Positions 8,256 to 17,889 of a stretch of 47,927 nucleotides of DNA are shown here, piece after piece. Under the pieces are notes generated by a model. The model saw only the letters and a list, made by a program, of their open reading frames with translations. It was not told the origin of the DNA and did no database searches. The translations under genes and the position numbers were made by a program. The stretch lies in the sequence record SRR20825019_2198, one strand, 5' to 3'. The number at the start of each line of letters is the position of its first letter. The first letter of the stretch is position 1.

Positions 8256-10505
8256 TCAGGCGTTCACAACACCCTCGTTATTCTTTGCATAAATCGGCAA
8301 ATGACGAACACGCGGCCCTCCTGCTCGGGCCAACGCCGAGGTCACAGCCGGCGCGATCACAGGGATCGACATTTCCCCGATGCCGGAAGGGTCTTTGTCG
8401 CTATCAATAATGGTGGTGGTGATTTCTGTCGGGGCATCTGCCATGCGCAGCAGTGGGTAGGTATCGAAGTTCCGGGTTTGCACCTCCCCGCCCTCAACGC
8501 GAATTTCCTGCCCAAAGGCTGCGGAAAGCCCGTCGTTAATACCGCCCTCAACCTGCTTGATCACGCCTTCAGGGTTGATCACCGTGCCCACATCAATGGC
8601 TGCATAAACCCGGTGCACCTTGAAGCTGCCGTCCGTGAAACGCTCCACTTCCGCCACTTGCGCGCAATAACCACCAAAGGTGAAATGCCCGGCAATACCT
8701 TGTGCATGGCCTTGAGGCATTTCCTTGCCCCAGCCAGCGAGTTTTGCTGCGGCCTCCAGCACCCCACGAAGCCGCCCGGTGTCAAACACCGGCCCGCCAT
8801 GCTGGCCATATGGCAGCTCGCGCCCTTCCCCAAGCAACCTCAGCCGAAGCGCTAACGGGTCTTCGCCAAGCTCTTCGGCCACTTCGTCAAGGAAGGACTG
8901 CACCGCAAACGCGTTGGCCACATGGGCGGGTGCACGCCAGCTGCCGCGCGGCATGCCTGACGTTGCACTGAAATATTCATGCCTGAGGTTAGGCACCAGC
9001 CCGGCGGGGAAATCATCCACATACATTTCTGCTGCATACATTCCCTCAGGGGCCACATTGTCCCGCCGGTAATATTTTGACGCACTGGCCAGCCTGTGCT
9101 GCCATGAAACCATCCGTCCGGCTTCATTAAAGCCAGCCACCAATTCGTGGTGCCCGGCGGGCCGATAAAAGTCATGGCTCAGGTCGTCCTCACGCGTCCA
9201 GACCACCTTGACCGGGAGGCCGGATTCTTTGGAAAGATAGACGGCTTCTGCCGCGTGGTCAGAGGTCAGGCGGCGGCCAAACCCGCCACCAAGCCGGGTG
9301 ATTTCTACGGTAATGCTCAGGCGGTCAATGCCTGTCAGCGCGTGGGCCGCTCTTGATGCGCCCGACGGGCTCTGGAACGGGCCGATCACCGTGGCCTTGT
9401 CACCCTGCACATGGGCGATGGCGTTTTGCACCTCAAGCTGGGCATGGGAGACAAAAGGCTGACGGTAACGACGACTGAACACCCGCACGCCTTCCGTGGC
9501 TTTGGCAGTATCTACGTTGCCATCATCGCGCACCACCTGGCCTGTGCCGCCTAAAAGCGCGTCGCAGTGCGCGTCAAAGCTTTCCGTGCTTTCATCAGCA
9601 TAAGGCCCTTTGTTCCACGCGATCTTGAGCGCATCGCGGGCTTTTTTTGCAGCCCAGAAACTGTCGGCAATCACCGCAACACCTGCGGCCAGATAGGTGT
9701 AGTTTTTATCCAGATCCGGCCGTGGCATCACCACAATATCCACCACACCGGGCACAGCGCGGGCTGCCGCGTCCTCAACACTTTCAACAAAACCGTCCAG
9801 ATAGGGGGAGCGCGCGATCACGGCGGTTTTCACGCCGGGATAGGTGGCATCTATCCCAAAAACGGCTTTGCCGGTGACAATATCACGGTGCGCCATAGGT
9901 TTATGGGACCGGCCGATGATGCGCCACTCAGCGCGCGGTTTAAGCCCGGGCTCAAAGCCGTCCGGCAGCATCACTTTATCTGCCTCGGCCGCCAGATCAC
10001 CATAACTCAGCCGTGCACCGTCCGCCGGGTTGACCACTACGGAGGGTTCGGTTTTGAGGGTACCCGCAGCCACACCCCAGCGTTTGGCCGCGGCTTCCAG
10101 AAACAGCGCGCGGGTGGTGGCACCCAATTGGCGCACACTGGTCCAGGCGTCGGTGACACTGGTGGACCCACCGGCCCCTTGCGGCACCACCTTCCAGGCC
10201 ATGCGGCCTTCTGCATCCCGCGTCAGCATCAAGGGCATGCTTGCCACTGAAACACGCGTGAAGTCCGCGTCCATTTCTTCGGCAAATATCATGGGAATGG
10301 AGGTATCAACGCCCTGCCCCATCTCGGAATTGGGGTAGAATATCTTTATGTCGCCATCCGGTGCGATATGCACCATGGGGGTAATCGCCCCTTCATTCGT
10401 TTCTGCATGGGCGCGGCGTGGGTTAAAAGCTGCCCCGGTCACGACCAGCCCGCCAAGGGCAGCGGTATAGCGAAACATATCTCTGCGGTTCAGATTGAAT
10501 GTCAT
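8256..10505 (-). CDS. Xanthine dehydrogenase family molybdopterin-binding subunit (IorB-like), Tat-exported
   Basis: NRRDMF twin-Arg signal; SEMGQG, GGSTS, LGGGFGRR, WTREDD, QVEGG, GIGE motifs; start at MTFNL with GGAGG RBS. Confidence 0.88.
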   Translation of the reverse strand: MTFNLNRRDMFRYTAALGGLVVTGAAFNPRRAHAETNEGAITPMVHIAPDGDIKIFYPNSEMGQGVDTSIPMIFAEEMDADFTRVSVASMPLMLTRDAEGRMAWKVVPQGAGGSTSVTDAWTSVRQLGATTRALFLEAAAKRWGVAAGTLKTEPSVVVNPADGARLSYGDLAAEADKVMLPDGFEPGLKPRAEWRIIGRSHKPMAHRDIVTGKAVFGIDATYPGVKTAVIARSPYLDGFVESVEDAAARAVPGVVDIVVMPRPDLDKNYTYLAAGVAVIADSFWAAKKARDALKIAWNKGPYADESTESFDAHCDALLGGTGQVVRDDGNVDTAKATEGVRVFSRRYRQPFVSHAQLEVQNAIAHVQGDKATVIGPFQSPSGASRAAHALTGIDRLSITVEITRLGGGFGRRLTSDHAAEAVYLSKESGLPVKVVWTREDDLSHDFYRPAGHHELVAGFNEAGRMVSWQHRLASASKYYRRDNVAPEGMYAAEMYVDDFPAGLVPNLRHEYFSATSGMPRGSWRAPAHVANAFAVQSFLDEVAEELGEDPLALRLRLLGEGRELPYGQHGGPVFDTGRLRGVLEAAAKLAGWGKEMPQGHAQGIAGHFTFGGYCAQVAEVERFTDGSFKVHRVYAAIDVGTVINPEGVIKQVEGGINDGLSAAFGQEIRVEGGEVQTRNFDTYPLLRMADAPTEITTTIIDSDKDPSGIGEMSIPVIAPAVTSALARAGGPRVRHLPIYAKNNEGVVNA

Positions 10506-10635
10506 GATGGCCTCCCGTCCTGATGACCCCGTTCTGAAAGGGTAGAGCGGATAACATAACACTAATGCTGCATGCTTTCGCTTCCGTTCGCCGCAAAACG
10601 AACGCGTTTTGCCGCAAATCAGCGCTGAGAGAGGA

Positions 10636-11550
10636 TTAGAAGATGCTGGTGTGCGTGAGCGACGTAAACATCTCCAGGGCCGCCGTACCCACATAAGAGT
10701 TGCCAAAAGTGTCCAGCTCGGGCGACCATACGGCCACGCTCATTTTGCCCGGCACAATGGCCAAAATGCCGCCCCCCACACCGCTTTTTGCTGGCACGCC
10801 AACACGGTAAGCAAAGCTGCCCACACTGTCATAGGTGCCGCAGGTAAGCATCACGGCGTTGATACGCTTGGCCTGGCTGGCCGACAGCACCGTCGCATCA
10901 TGCACTTGGGAATGCCCGCCGGTGGCCAGCGGCAGGCCCGCGAGCGCAAGGTCAACCACACTCATTTCCATCCCACATTGGAAACAATAGGTCTCTAAAA
11001 GCTCATCAACATCCATATGGATATTGTCATAGCCCTTCATCAGGTGCGCCATGGCCCGGTTGAGGTTGGCATGCTCAAGCTCGGAGCGCATCACGGTCTC
11101 ATTCACGCTCACGCTCTCATTCATCGCAAGGAAACGCAGATAGTTCTGGATACGGTGTTTGGTGTCGCCCTTCAGGCTCATCAAAAGGTCAAGCGTCGCC
11201 AGCGCGCCGGGGTTGATGAAAGGGTTGCGGGGCACACCATGTTCCATCTCAAGCTTGATCATGGAATTGAACCGGTCGCCTGAGGGCTCCTTGCCCACAC
11301 GGGTCCAGACCATGTCACCAAAATGAGACATCACCAACTGAAGCACAAAAAGCTTGGAGATACTCTGGATGGAAAACGGCTCATCCGCGTCACCTGTCTT
11401 GAAGGCGCTACCGTCCGGCAGTTGCACTGCCATGCCAAATTTACCCGCAGGCACACTGCCAAGCGCGGGGATATAATCCGCCACCTTGCCTTTGCCGAAC
11501 TGGGGCGTTACCGCCTCGGCGATATAATCCAGCACTGCCTGATAGTCCAT
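10636..11550 (-). CDS. glsA: Glutaminase
   Basis: GKVADYIPAL, FSIQSISK, GKEPSG, NPFINPGA, PAKSGVGGG. Confidence 0.93.
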   Translation of the reverse strand: MDYQAVLDYIAEAVTPQFGKGKVADYIPALGSVPAGKFGMAVQLPDGSAFKTGDADEPFSIQSISKLFVLQLVMSHFGDMVWTRVGKEPSGDRFNSMIKLEMEHGVPRNPFINPGALATLDLLMSLKGDTKHRIQNYLRFLAMNESVSVNETVMRSELEHANLNRAMAHLMKGYDNIHMDVDELLETYCFQCGMEMSVVDLALAGLPLATGGHSQVHDATVLSASQAKRINAVMLTCGTYDSVGSFAYRVGVPAKSGVGGGILAIVPGKMSVAVWSPELDTFGNSYVGTAALEMFTSLTHTSIF

Positions 11551-11838
11551 CAATCAACTGCGCTCCGTTAAGGTCATACATCATCCGAGCTTTGGTAAAC
11601 CTAGACGGTTAAGCCACCGATTTAAAGAATTGCCAACCCTATTTTTAGCCACACACGGTGCCACACTACACCTTGAAAAGGCGCGTATCATGACCACATT
11701 TTCGCCGTAAGCCTGCCGCATAAGGCCACAGTGCCCTATGAACTGCGGCTTTATGTCCGCTATGCACGCGGCTGCAATTATGGCAAAACCCAATAAATGC
11801 TGCTATGACGCAGCCACCAAAGTTAAAGAAGACGGACC

Positions 11839-12954
11839 ATGCAAGGCGTGATGGAAAAAGAAATAATGCCCGCCACAAACGGCGCTGGCCAGGCCCCGGC
11901 AGCCCACAGCGGCGCGCACCCGGAAGCGGCAGACTTTCCGCTTCGTGAAGCACGCAAGCTGGTGAAAGACCTGTGGCAGCCCAACGCGCGCCTGTATTGG
12001 ACAGATTTCACCACGTCAAACGTGCTTGGCTGGGGCGCAGTGGCGGCCGCAACGCTTGCGCCAATTGGCTCCGCTTTGCAAATCATAGCGCTTGTCATAG
12101 CCACGCTCGCGCTTTACCGCGCGGTGATCTTCATTCATGAGCTGGCACATTTCCGCAAAGGGACATTCACCGGTTTCCGCCGGTTCTGGAACGCCACCTG
12201 CGGCATGCCCATGATGGTGCCTGCCTATACCTACGCCGATGTGCATATCGACCACCACAAACCACAGGTTTACGGCACGGAAGAAGACGGCGAATACCTG
12301 CCCTTCGCTGTGGATGAACCGTGGAAGATGGTCGCCTTTGTATTGCAGGCGTTTCTCGTACCGGTTCTTCTCGTGATCCGCTATACGGTGCTGATGCCGC
12401 TCACGCTCATCAGCAAGCGCTTCCGTGATTATGTGTGGGAACGTGCAAGCTCGCTGGTGATTGATTATGCTTACCTGCGCCCGGCCCCTAAAAAAGACCA
12501 AGGCAAAAGCTGGTTGCTCGAGGACGTGCTCACGGGCCTTTATGCCTACGCCGCCTTTGCGCTGGTGTATTTTGACATCCTGCCACTTACCTTCCTTGGG
12601 GTTTGGTACACTGTGACCTTCGCGATTTTTGTGCTCAACGGCCTGCGCACACTGGCGGCCCACGCCTACCGGAACGGCGGGCGGGAACGCATGAGCCAGC
12701 AGGAAGAATTTCTTGATAGCGTAGACGTGCCCGGCAACCGTTACATCACGCCCTTGTGGGCACCTGTGGGCCTCAGGTTCCATGCAACACACCACCTGTT
12801 CCCCGGCATGCCGTATCACCAGCTAGAGAAAGCGCATGAGCGGTTGAAGGCCGAGTTACCAGACAACCGGCTTTACCTTGCTGCCAGCCGTAAAAACCTG
12901 TGGGCGGCCGTTGCCCAACTATGGCGCGAAGCCAAAGCCGCAAAACAGGCTTGA
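11839..12954 (+). CDS. Membrane fatty-acid desaturase family protein
   Basis: Three His boxes HELAH, HIDHH, FHATHH plus TM segments. Confidence 0.85.
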   Translation: MQGVMEKEIMPATNGAGQAPAAHSGAHPEAADFPLREARKLVKDLWQPNARLYWTDFTTSNVLGWGAVAAATLAPIGSALQIIALVIATLALYRAVIFIHELAHFRKGTFTGFRRFWNATCGMPMMVPAYTYADVHIDHHKPQVYGTEEDGEYLPFAVDEPWKMVAFVLQAFLVPVLLVIRYTVLMPLTLISKRFRDYVWERASSLVIDYAYLRPAPKKDQGKSWLLEDVLTGLYAYAAFALVYFDILPLTFLGVWYTVTFAIFVLNGLRTLAAHAYRNGGRERMSQQEEFLDSVDVPGNRYITPLWAPVGLRFHATHHLFPGMPYHQLEKAHERLKAELPDNRLYLAASRKNLWAAVAQLWREAKAAKQA

Positions 12955-12979
12955 CCCTCAAATAAAATCGAGAACCGCG

Positions 12980-13411
12980 ATGAGTAGCCCTTCCAACCTC
13001 CTGTTGCTCATCGGCGGTACGCTCAGCATCACCGCCGCTCTCGCGCATGTTGCCATCATTATTGGCGGGCCAGACTGGTACCGTTTTTTTGGCGCAGGCG
13101 AAGGCATGGCCAAGATGGCCGAGCGCGGCGAGCTGTACCCCACACTCATCACCCTCGCGATCGCCACTGTGCTGTTCACATGGGGGCTTTATGCCTTCTC
13201 GGGCGCGGGGCTTATCATGAAGCTGCCGCTGGTGAAATATGCGCTCATGGCCATCACGGCGGTCTATGTGCTGCGCGGGCTCGCGTTCATCCCCATCTAT
13301 CTGTTCAGGCCGGATATCATGAGCTCGTTCTGGGTGTGGAGCAGCTTGATATGTCTCACCTTCGGCATCACCCACGCCCTTGGCACATGGCGCGCTTGGG
13401 CGAACCTTTAA
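12980..13411 (+). CDS. Hypothetical 4-TM membrane protein
   Basis: Hydrophobic ORF (AHVAIIIGGPDWYRFFGAGE...) starting 25 bp after the desaturase; start trimmed to MSSPS. Confidence 0.75.
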   Translation: MSSPSNLLLLIGGTLSITAALAHVAIIIGGPDWYRFFGAGEGMAKMAERGELYPTLITLAIATVLFTWGLYAFSGAGLIMKLPLVKYALMAITAVYVLRGLAFIPIYLFRPDIMSSFWVWSSLICLTFGITHALGTWRAWANL

Positions 13412-13974
13412 CCCGCCTGCGCATCCAGCATAGCCAGCAGTTTCTGAACCGTGTTCCAGTTGCGGGAGGTAGGGGAAGCGCCAAGCTTCTTCTCTGTCAG
13501 GTATTTCGAGAAATCCGACCTGCCAGAGCCTTCATGGTAATAGATATATAAAGTGTTGCCGATGAGGGTGATATCTTCCGGTCCGCCATATGCCTCTAAC
13601 AGGGTATCGACCTTCGCCTTGTTTGGCGCGTGGCTCAGATATGCCACATGCAGGAACTTTCCCTCAAGCCCTGCCTTGGGGTTCAGCTCACCATCCACAT
13701 AAGGGCACGCGCTGGCTTCAGCCCTGAAAGTGGCCTCATCGCGCACCATAATCTCGGTATGAAAACCGAAAGCTTTTTCGCAGGCGGCTTCAAGTGTCTT
13801 TTCTATCTCTGTACACGGTGCGGCATCACCCGAGAATACAATATTGCCGGATTGCACATAGGTCTGCACATCTGAAAACCCTGCTTTCGCCACCACGGGC
13901 CTCAGGTCAGCCATCTTGATCTTGCGGTTACCGCCCACATTGATGCCGCGCATCAGGCCCACATATTTTGCCAC
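13408..13974 (-). CDS. DUF1697 family protein
   Basis: LMRGINVGG, TYVQSGN, TSRNWNTV signature. Confidence 0.88.
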   Translation of the reverse strand: MAKYVGLMRGINVGGNRKIKMADLRPVVAKAGFSDVQTYVQSGNIVFSGDAAPCTEIEKTLEAACEKAFGFHTEIMVRDEATFRAEASACPYVDGELNPKAGLEGKFLHVAYLSHAPNKAKVDTLLEAYGGPEDITLIGNTLYIYYHEGSGRSDFSKYLTEKKLGASPTSRNWNTVQKLLAMLDAQAG

Positions 13975-14030
13975 TCGCCTGCTCCCTTACTTTCCCGCAC
14001 AGCATGCTCAGGCTGTCTTCAAATGCCAAG

Positions 14031-14180
14031 AAAAAAAGCCCGCTTCCTAGGGACTGGAAGCGGGCTCTCCGAAGTTGGCCATTTGCCCACGCGAGGATAG
14101 GGAAATGGGGCAAAAGGCCATGGGCTTTAAAGCGAGGAGGAACGTAGGGGGGCTACGTTTTGGGGGTTCGCTTTAAAGAT
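14031..14180 (-). ncRNA. Candidate small RNA: three hairpins with C-rich loops ending in an intrinsic terminator
   Basis: Minus strand: CUUUAAAGCGA..AACGUAG-CCCCC-CUACGUU..UCGCUUUAAAG; UGGCC-UUUGCCC-(CAUUUCCCUAUCCUCGCGU)-GGGCAAA-GGCCA; AGCCCGCUUCC-AGUCCCUA-GGAAGCGGGC-U7. Confidence 0.55.
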
Positions 14181-14201
14181 GGAGCTTTATTGAGGCTGGG
14201 C

Positions 14202-14876
14202 CTAGTCGTCCCAACCGCAAACCTTGCGGCCCTTGATTACCGAGGGCCGGGCGTTACAGCGCGCGCGCCACGCCTGCACATTGGGGAAATTGTCGAGGCC
14301 AACCTGCTCCGTCGCGTCATAAAATTCCTCAAGGCAGTTTACCCACGGGAAGGTGGCCATATCAGCGATGGAATAGTCATCCACCAGATAATCACGCCCC
14401 TCAAGCCGGGCTTCCAGCACACCCAACAGGCGCTTGGCTTCCTTTGTGTAGCGTTCCACCGGGTACGGGTGGTCACAGTTGTCGCGGGCGAATTTGAAGA
14501 AATGACCAAGCTGCCCAAACATGGGGCCAACGCCGGCCATCTGGAAAAACAGCCATTGGATCACTTCTGATTTTTTGCGTGGGTCGGTGGGCAAAAACTT
14601 GCCGCTGCGCTCTGCCAGATGCAGAAGGATAGCGCCTGATTCCATCACATTAAGCGGCGCCGTATCGCCCGCTGCATCACCACCGATTGGCCCGTTCGGG
14701 TCCACAATCGCCGGGATTTTTGAATTGGGGTTGATGGCAATGAAGTCTGGCTTGAACTGGTCGTTCTCACCAATCTCGATACGGTGGGCTTCATAGGGCA
14801 AGCCCATTTCTTCAAGGGCAATGCTCACCTTCTGGCCGTTTGGTGTAGCAAGTGTGTAAAGCTGGATCGGTTTCAT
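14202..14876 (-). CDS. Glutathione S-transferase, YfcG/Nu-class-like
   Basis: TPNGQK, NPNSKIPAI, ESGAIL, QWLFFQMAGVGPMFGQ, SIADMA. Confidence 0.9.
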   Translation of the reverse strand: MKPIQLYTLATPNGQKVSIALEEMGLPYEAHRIEIGENDQFKPDFIAINPNSKIPAIVDPNGPIGGDAAGDTAPLNVMESGAILLHLAERSGKFLPTDPRKKSEVIQWLFFQMAGVGPMFGQLGHFFKFARDNCDHPYPVERYTKEAKRLLGVLEARLEGRDYLVDDYSIADMATFPWVNCLEEFYDATEQVGLDNFPNVQAWRARCNARPSVIKGRKVCGWDD

Positions 14877-15042
14877 CTGGGTGCCCTTCCTTATCTCTCT
14901 TTAGGTCTGTGTCGCTGTGTGGCTCGGTTATGCCGCCGTCTCAATTTGCTCAACCCCATATGGGTCTGCACAGGACCATTATGAATATCCAAGCCTGTGC
15001 AATTCATGCCTGATCCTGCAAATGCGCAAAAATCAATTTCTC

Positions 15043-15106
15043 TTGACACGATACCTTTACCTCCCTATATGATACCTAAGGGTTACATATTGATACTCAA
15101 GATACC
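15043..15106 (+). promoter_or_regulatory. Sigma70 promoter with phased GATAC(C) direct repeats
   Basis: TTGACA(15043)-17 bp-TATATG(15066); GATACC at 15050, 15071, 15101 and GATACT at 15092. Confidence 0.6.
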
Positions 15107-15123
15107 AAAAAAGAGAAGCGCAC

Positions 15124-15618
15124 ATGAGCAACAAAAAAAACATATCGGCCGCCCAGATGGTGGACAGCTTCCTGCGGCGCACCGCTGTTTGCGTCACCAT
15201 TGTTGCCTTCATCTATGGCGTGCAGGCGTTTGAATTTATTGCACCGGCTGCGATAGCAGATCGCATCGACAGCCTGACACTTGTGCTTTCAATTCTGGTG
15301 TTGGTGCTGATGCTGCCTTCCTTTCTGCGCTTCACGATATTCCGGCGCAGCGAGAATTGCCGCCAGGCGGAAGCCGACAGCTATATGGCTGACCGTTTCA
15401 AGCTCGCGGCCCACCATGCCTTCACCGCCACCTTCGTTTGCCTCATCCTTCTGCAGGCCATCAGCCGCGCTTTTGAAGCAGAGATTGCACACCTGCCGGT
15501 GGCCTTCTTTCTCGACATGGCGCTCGCTGTTTCCCTTGGTGCTTTCGGGGTGGGGTTCTACCTCCTCGTACGGGAAAATCACGACGAGGACCTTGACGAG
15601 TGGGAACAAGACGAATGA
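15124..15618 (+). CDS. Hypothetical 4-TM membrane protein
   Basis: Four hydrophobic segments, acidic tail; ATGA overlap with the XRE gene. Confidence 0.75.
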   Translation: MSNKKNISAAQMVDSFLRRTAVCVTIVAFIYGVQAFEFIAPAAIADRIDSLTLVLSILVLVLMLPSFLRFTIFRRSENCRQAEADSYMADRFKLAAHHAFTATFVCLILLQAISRAFEAEIAHLPVAFFLDMALAVSLGAFGVGFYLLVRENHDEDLDEWEQDE

Positions 15619-15827
15619 GCAACGAGCTTGATAACCGTATCCGTGTGTTCAGGGCAGAACACCGTATCAGCCAGGGCGATCTAGCCGATGCCATTGGTGT
15701 CAGCCGTAAAACCATCAGCACAATCGAGGTGGGGCGTTTTACCCCCTCAACCGTGATCGCGCTCAAACTGGCCCGTCACTTCGGTGTGGCTGTGGAGGAT
15801 ATCTTCTCCCTGCCCACCACTGAATAA
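15615..15827 (+). CDS. XRE/Cro-family HTH transcriptional regulator
   Basis: NRIRVFRAEHRISQGDLADAIGVSRKTISTIEVGRFTPS...VEDIF. Confidence 0.9.
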   Translation: MSNELDNRIRVFRAEHRISQGDLADAIGVSRKTISTIEVGRFTPSTVIALKLARHFGVAVEDIFSLPTTE

Positions 15828-15896
15828 AAAAAACAGGCCCGAGTTAACGACAGACCCAAACACAACCTGAAACATGACAATAGAAAGGAACATCAC

Positions 15897-16091
15897 ATGA
15901 AAAAGCTAAACAACCCGCGCATCACGCAAGCAATTCTCTGGGCTGCAGCGCTCATCGGCACCGCCCTCATCCTGAAAGGGAGTGAGCAGTCACAGGAAGT
16001 TTTTATGCTGCTGCTCGTATTGGCAGCGGTGAGCACTATAGTGCCGAACAAGAGCAAGAAGGCCGCTTGCCGCCCCTCTTCTGAAGATTAG
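15897..16091 (+). CDS. Small 2-TM membrane protein
   Basis: AAAGGA RBS, two hydrophobic helices, third gene of the operon. Confidence 0.65.
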   Translation: MKKLNNPRITQAILWAAALIGTALILKGSEQSQEVFMLLLVLAAVSTIVPNKSKKAACRPSSED

Positions 16092-16120
16092 AACGAGACC
16101 ATACTTCTCACGTAATATTT

Positions 16121-16136
16121 GGGGGCCTCGGCCCCC
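16121..16136. terminator. Probable terminator hairpin between convergent genes
   Basis: GGGGGC-ctcg-GCCCCC followed by a T-rich tract. Confidence 0.55.
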
Positions 16137-16151
16137 ATTGTCTTTTGTGTT

Positions 16152-17327
16152 TTATGCAGCCAACACCGCACGTGCGGCGACAAGCGCTTTTTCACCGTCC
16201 ACATTTTTCTGGTGGCGGTTCAGGCCGTCAGCAAGGGCCGTGATGCACAGCTCTACATTCTCCTGCCGGGCAGAGGTGCCCATCAAGCCGATACGCCAGA
16301 TCTTGCCCGCCAGCGGGCCGAGGCCTGCGCCAATCTCAAGGTCGTAAGCTTCCAGAAGGTGCTTGCGCACACTGGCTTCGTCCACGCCCTCAGGCACACG
16401 CACCGCATTCAGTTGTGGCAGGCGGTGATCCGCATCCACCACAAAGGTGATGCCCATGCTTTCAAGCCCGGTAGCCAGCGCCTTGTGCATTTTGGCGTGC
16501 CGGGCATAGCTTGCCTCAAGCCCTTCTTCAAAAATCATCACCAGCGCTTCATGAAGACCGTAAAGCGGGTTCACTGGTGCCGTGTGGTGATAAGAACGTC
16601 CGCCAGTGCCGTCCCAATAGGCCATCACGAGGCTGAGGTCGAGGAACCAGCTTGCAACTGGTGTTGTACGTTCCCGCACTCGCTCAAGTGCGGCCTCAGA
16701 GAAGGAAACAGGCGACAGACCCGGCGTGCAGGAAAGGCATTTCTGGCTGCCGGTGTAAACAGCATCCACGCCCCAGCGGTCAATCTCCACCGGGATACCG
16801 CCCACGCTCGTCACCGCGTCCATAATGGTCAGGCAATCATGCTTTTTGGCAATAGCACACAGGGCTTCGGCATCTGCCCTCACCCCGGTTGAGGTTTCAG
16901 CATGCACAAAAGCGAGGATGCCCGCTTGCGGATGCTCGGCTAACACACGGTCAACCTCATCCACATCAGGGGCTTTGCCCCATTCCACATCAACCATCAC
17001 GGCGGTGCCGCCCGCGCGCACAACATTTTCGCGCATGCGTTCACCAAACACGCCGTTCTTGACCACAACAACCGTGTCACCTTCTTCCACAAGGTTCACG
17101 AAGCATGTTTCCATGCCCGCAGAACCGGGGGCGGAAACGGGGAACGTAAGCGCATTTGTTGTACCAAACAGCGCGCGCAAACCTTCTTTGATCTCTTCCA
17201 TCATGGTTTGGAAAGCGGGGTCGAGGTGACCAAGGGTCGGCCGCGCCATGGCGGCCAGTATGCGGTCATGAACGTCAGAAGGGCCGGGGCCCATCAGGGT
17301 GCGTTTTGGGGGCATGAAGGATTTCAT
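16152..17327 (-). CDS. Alanine-glyoxylate/serine-pyruvate aminotransferase (class V PLP)
   Basis: LMGPGPS, HAETSTG, DAVTS, GSQKCLS (PLP Lys), YHHTAP; start MKSFM with GGAG RBS. Confidence 0.92.
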   Translation of the reverse strand: MKSFMPPKRTLMGPGPSDVHDRILAAMARPTLGHLDPAFQTMMEEIKEGLRALFGTTNALTFPVSAPGSAGMETCFVNLVEEGDTVVVVKNGVFGERMRENVVRAGGTAVMVDVEWGKAPDVDEVDRVLAEHPQAGILAFVHAETSTGVRADAEALCAIAKKHDCLTIMDAVTSVGGIPVEIDRWGVDAVYTGSQKCLSCTPGLSPVSFSEAALERVRERTTPVASWFLDLSLVMAYWDGTGGRSYHHTAPVNPLYGLHEALVMIFEEGLEASYARHAKMHKALATGLESMGITFVVDADHRLPQLNAVRVPEGVDEASVRKHLLEAYDLEIGAGLGPLAGKIWRIGLMGTSARQENVELCITALADGLNRHQKNVDGEKALVAARAVLAA

Positions 17328-17532
17328 CGCGCGCTCCTGTTTGGCGTCAAAAGGGGGTAAACTATTCTTCACATAGGCGGGTATGGCCGCATTTCTAGCG
17401 CGAAAATATGGCAAAACGCAATGTTGAACGGTTTTCCCGAATAATGCTGACAGAAATTGGCAGCATGGCTGTGGCACTGTAAATTGTCACGACAGCGGGG
17501 ATGCCCGCGTAATAATCTCCCTTCAGAGGAGC

Positions 17533-17889
17533 ATGACAATGGATGATTTTGCGACCGGCCTGCTTGCCCGGCTGCGGTTGATTGCAGCCCGCGAAGGGCT
17601 GGATGAAAAGCGCATGTTTGGCGGCCACAGCTTTTACCTGCATGGCAACATGGTGTGCTGCGCCAGCAAAACCGGCATGATGGCGCGTGTTGGTAAAGCC
17701 CAGGAAAGCACGGCGCTTGAAAATCCCCATGCTTCGCCGTTCATGCGCACCGGGCGGCGCATGGGTGGCCTGGTTGAAGTGGTGCCGGAGGGGCTGAAGC
17801 GCGATGATGACCTTGAGGCATGGGTTGCCATGGCGCTGGTGAACGCGCGGGCCCTGCCGCCAAAAACAAAGGACGGGGTCTGGGTATGA
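17533..17889 (+). CDS. TfoX N-terminal domain protein
   Basis: EKRMFGG...GNM...ALPPK signature. Confidence 0.85.
   Translation: MTMDDFATGLLARLRLIAAREGLDEKRMFGGHSFYLHGNMVCCASKTGMMARVGKAQESTALENPHASPFMRTGRRMGGLVEVVPEGLKRDDDLEAWVAMALVNARALPPKTKDGVWV

Noticed and set aside
10506-10706. N-terminal ORF-track extensions (also 17328-17477, 19792-20136, 23629-23709, 38186-38428)
   Set aside because: They overlap neighbours or promoters; downstream starts have RBSs and begin at signal peptides or family N-termini
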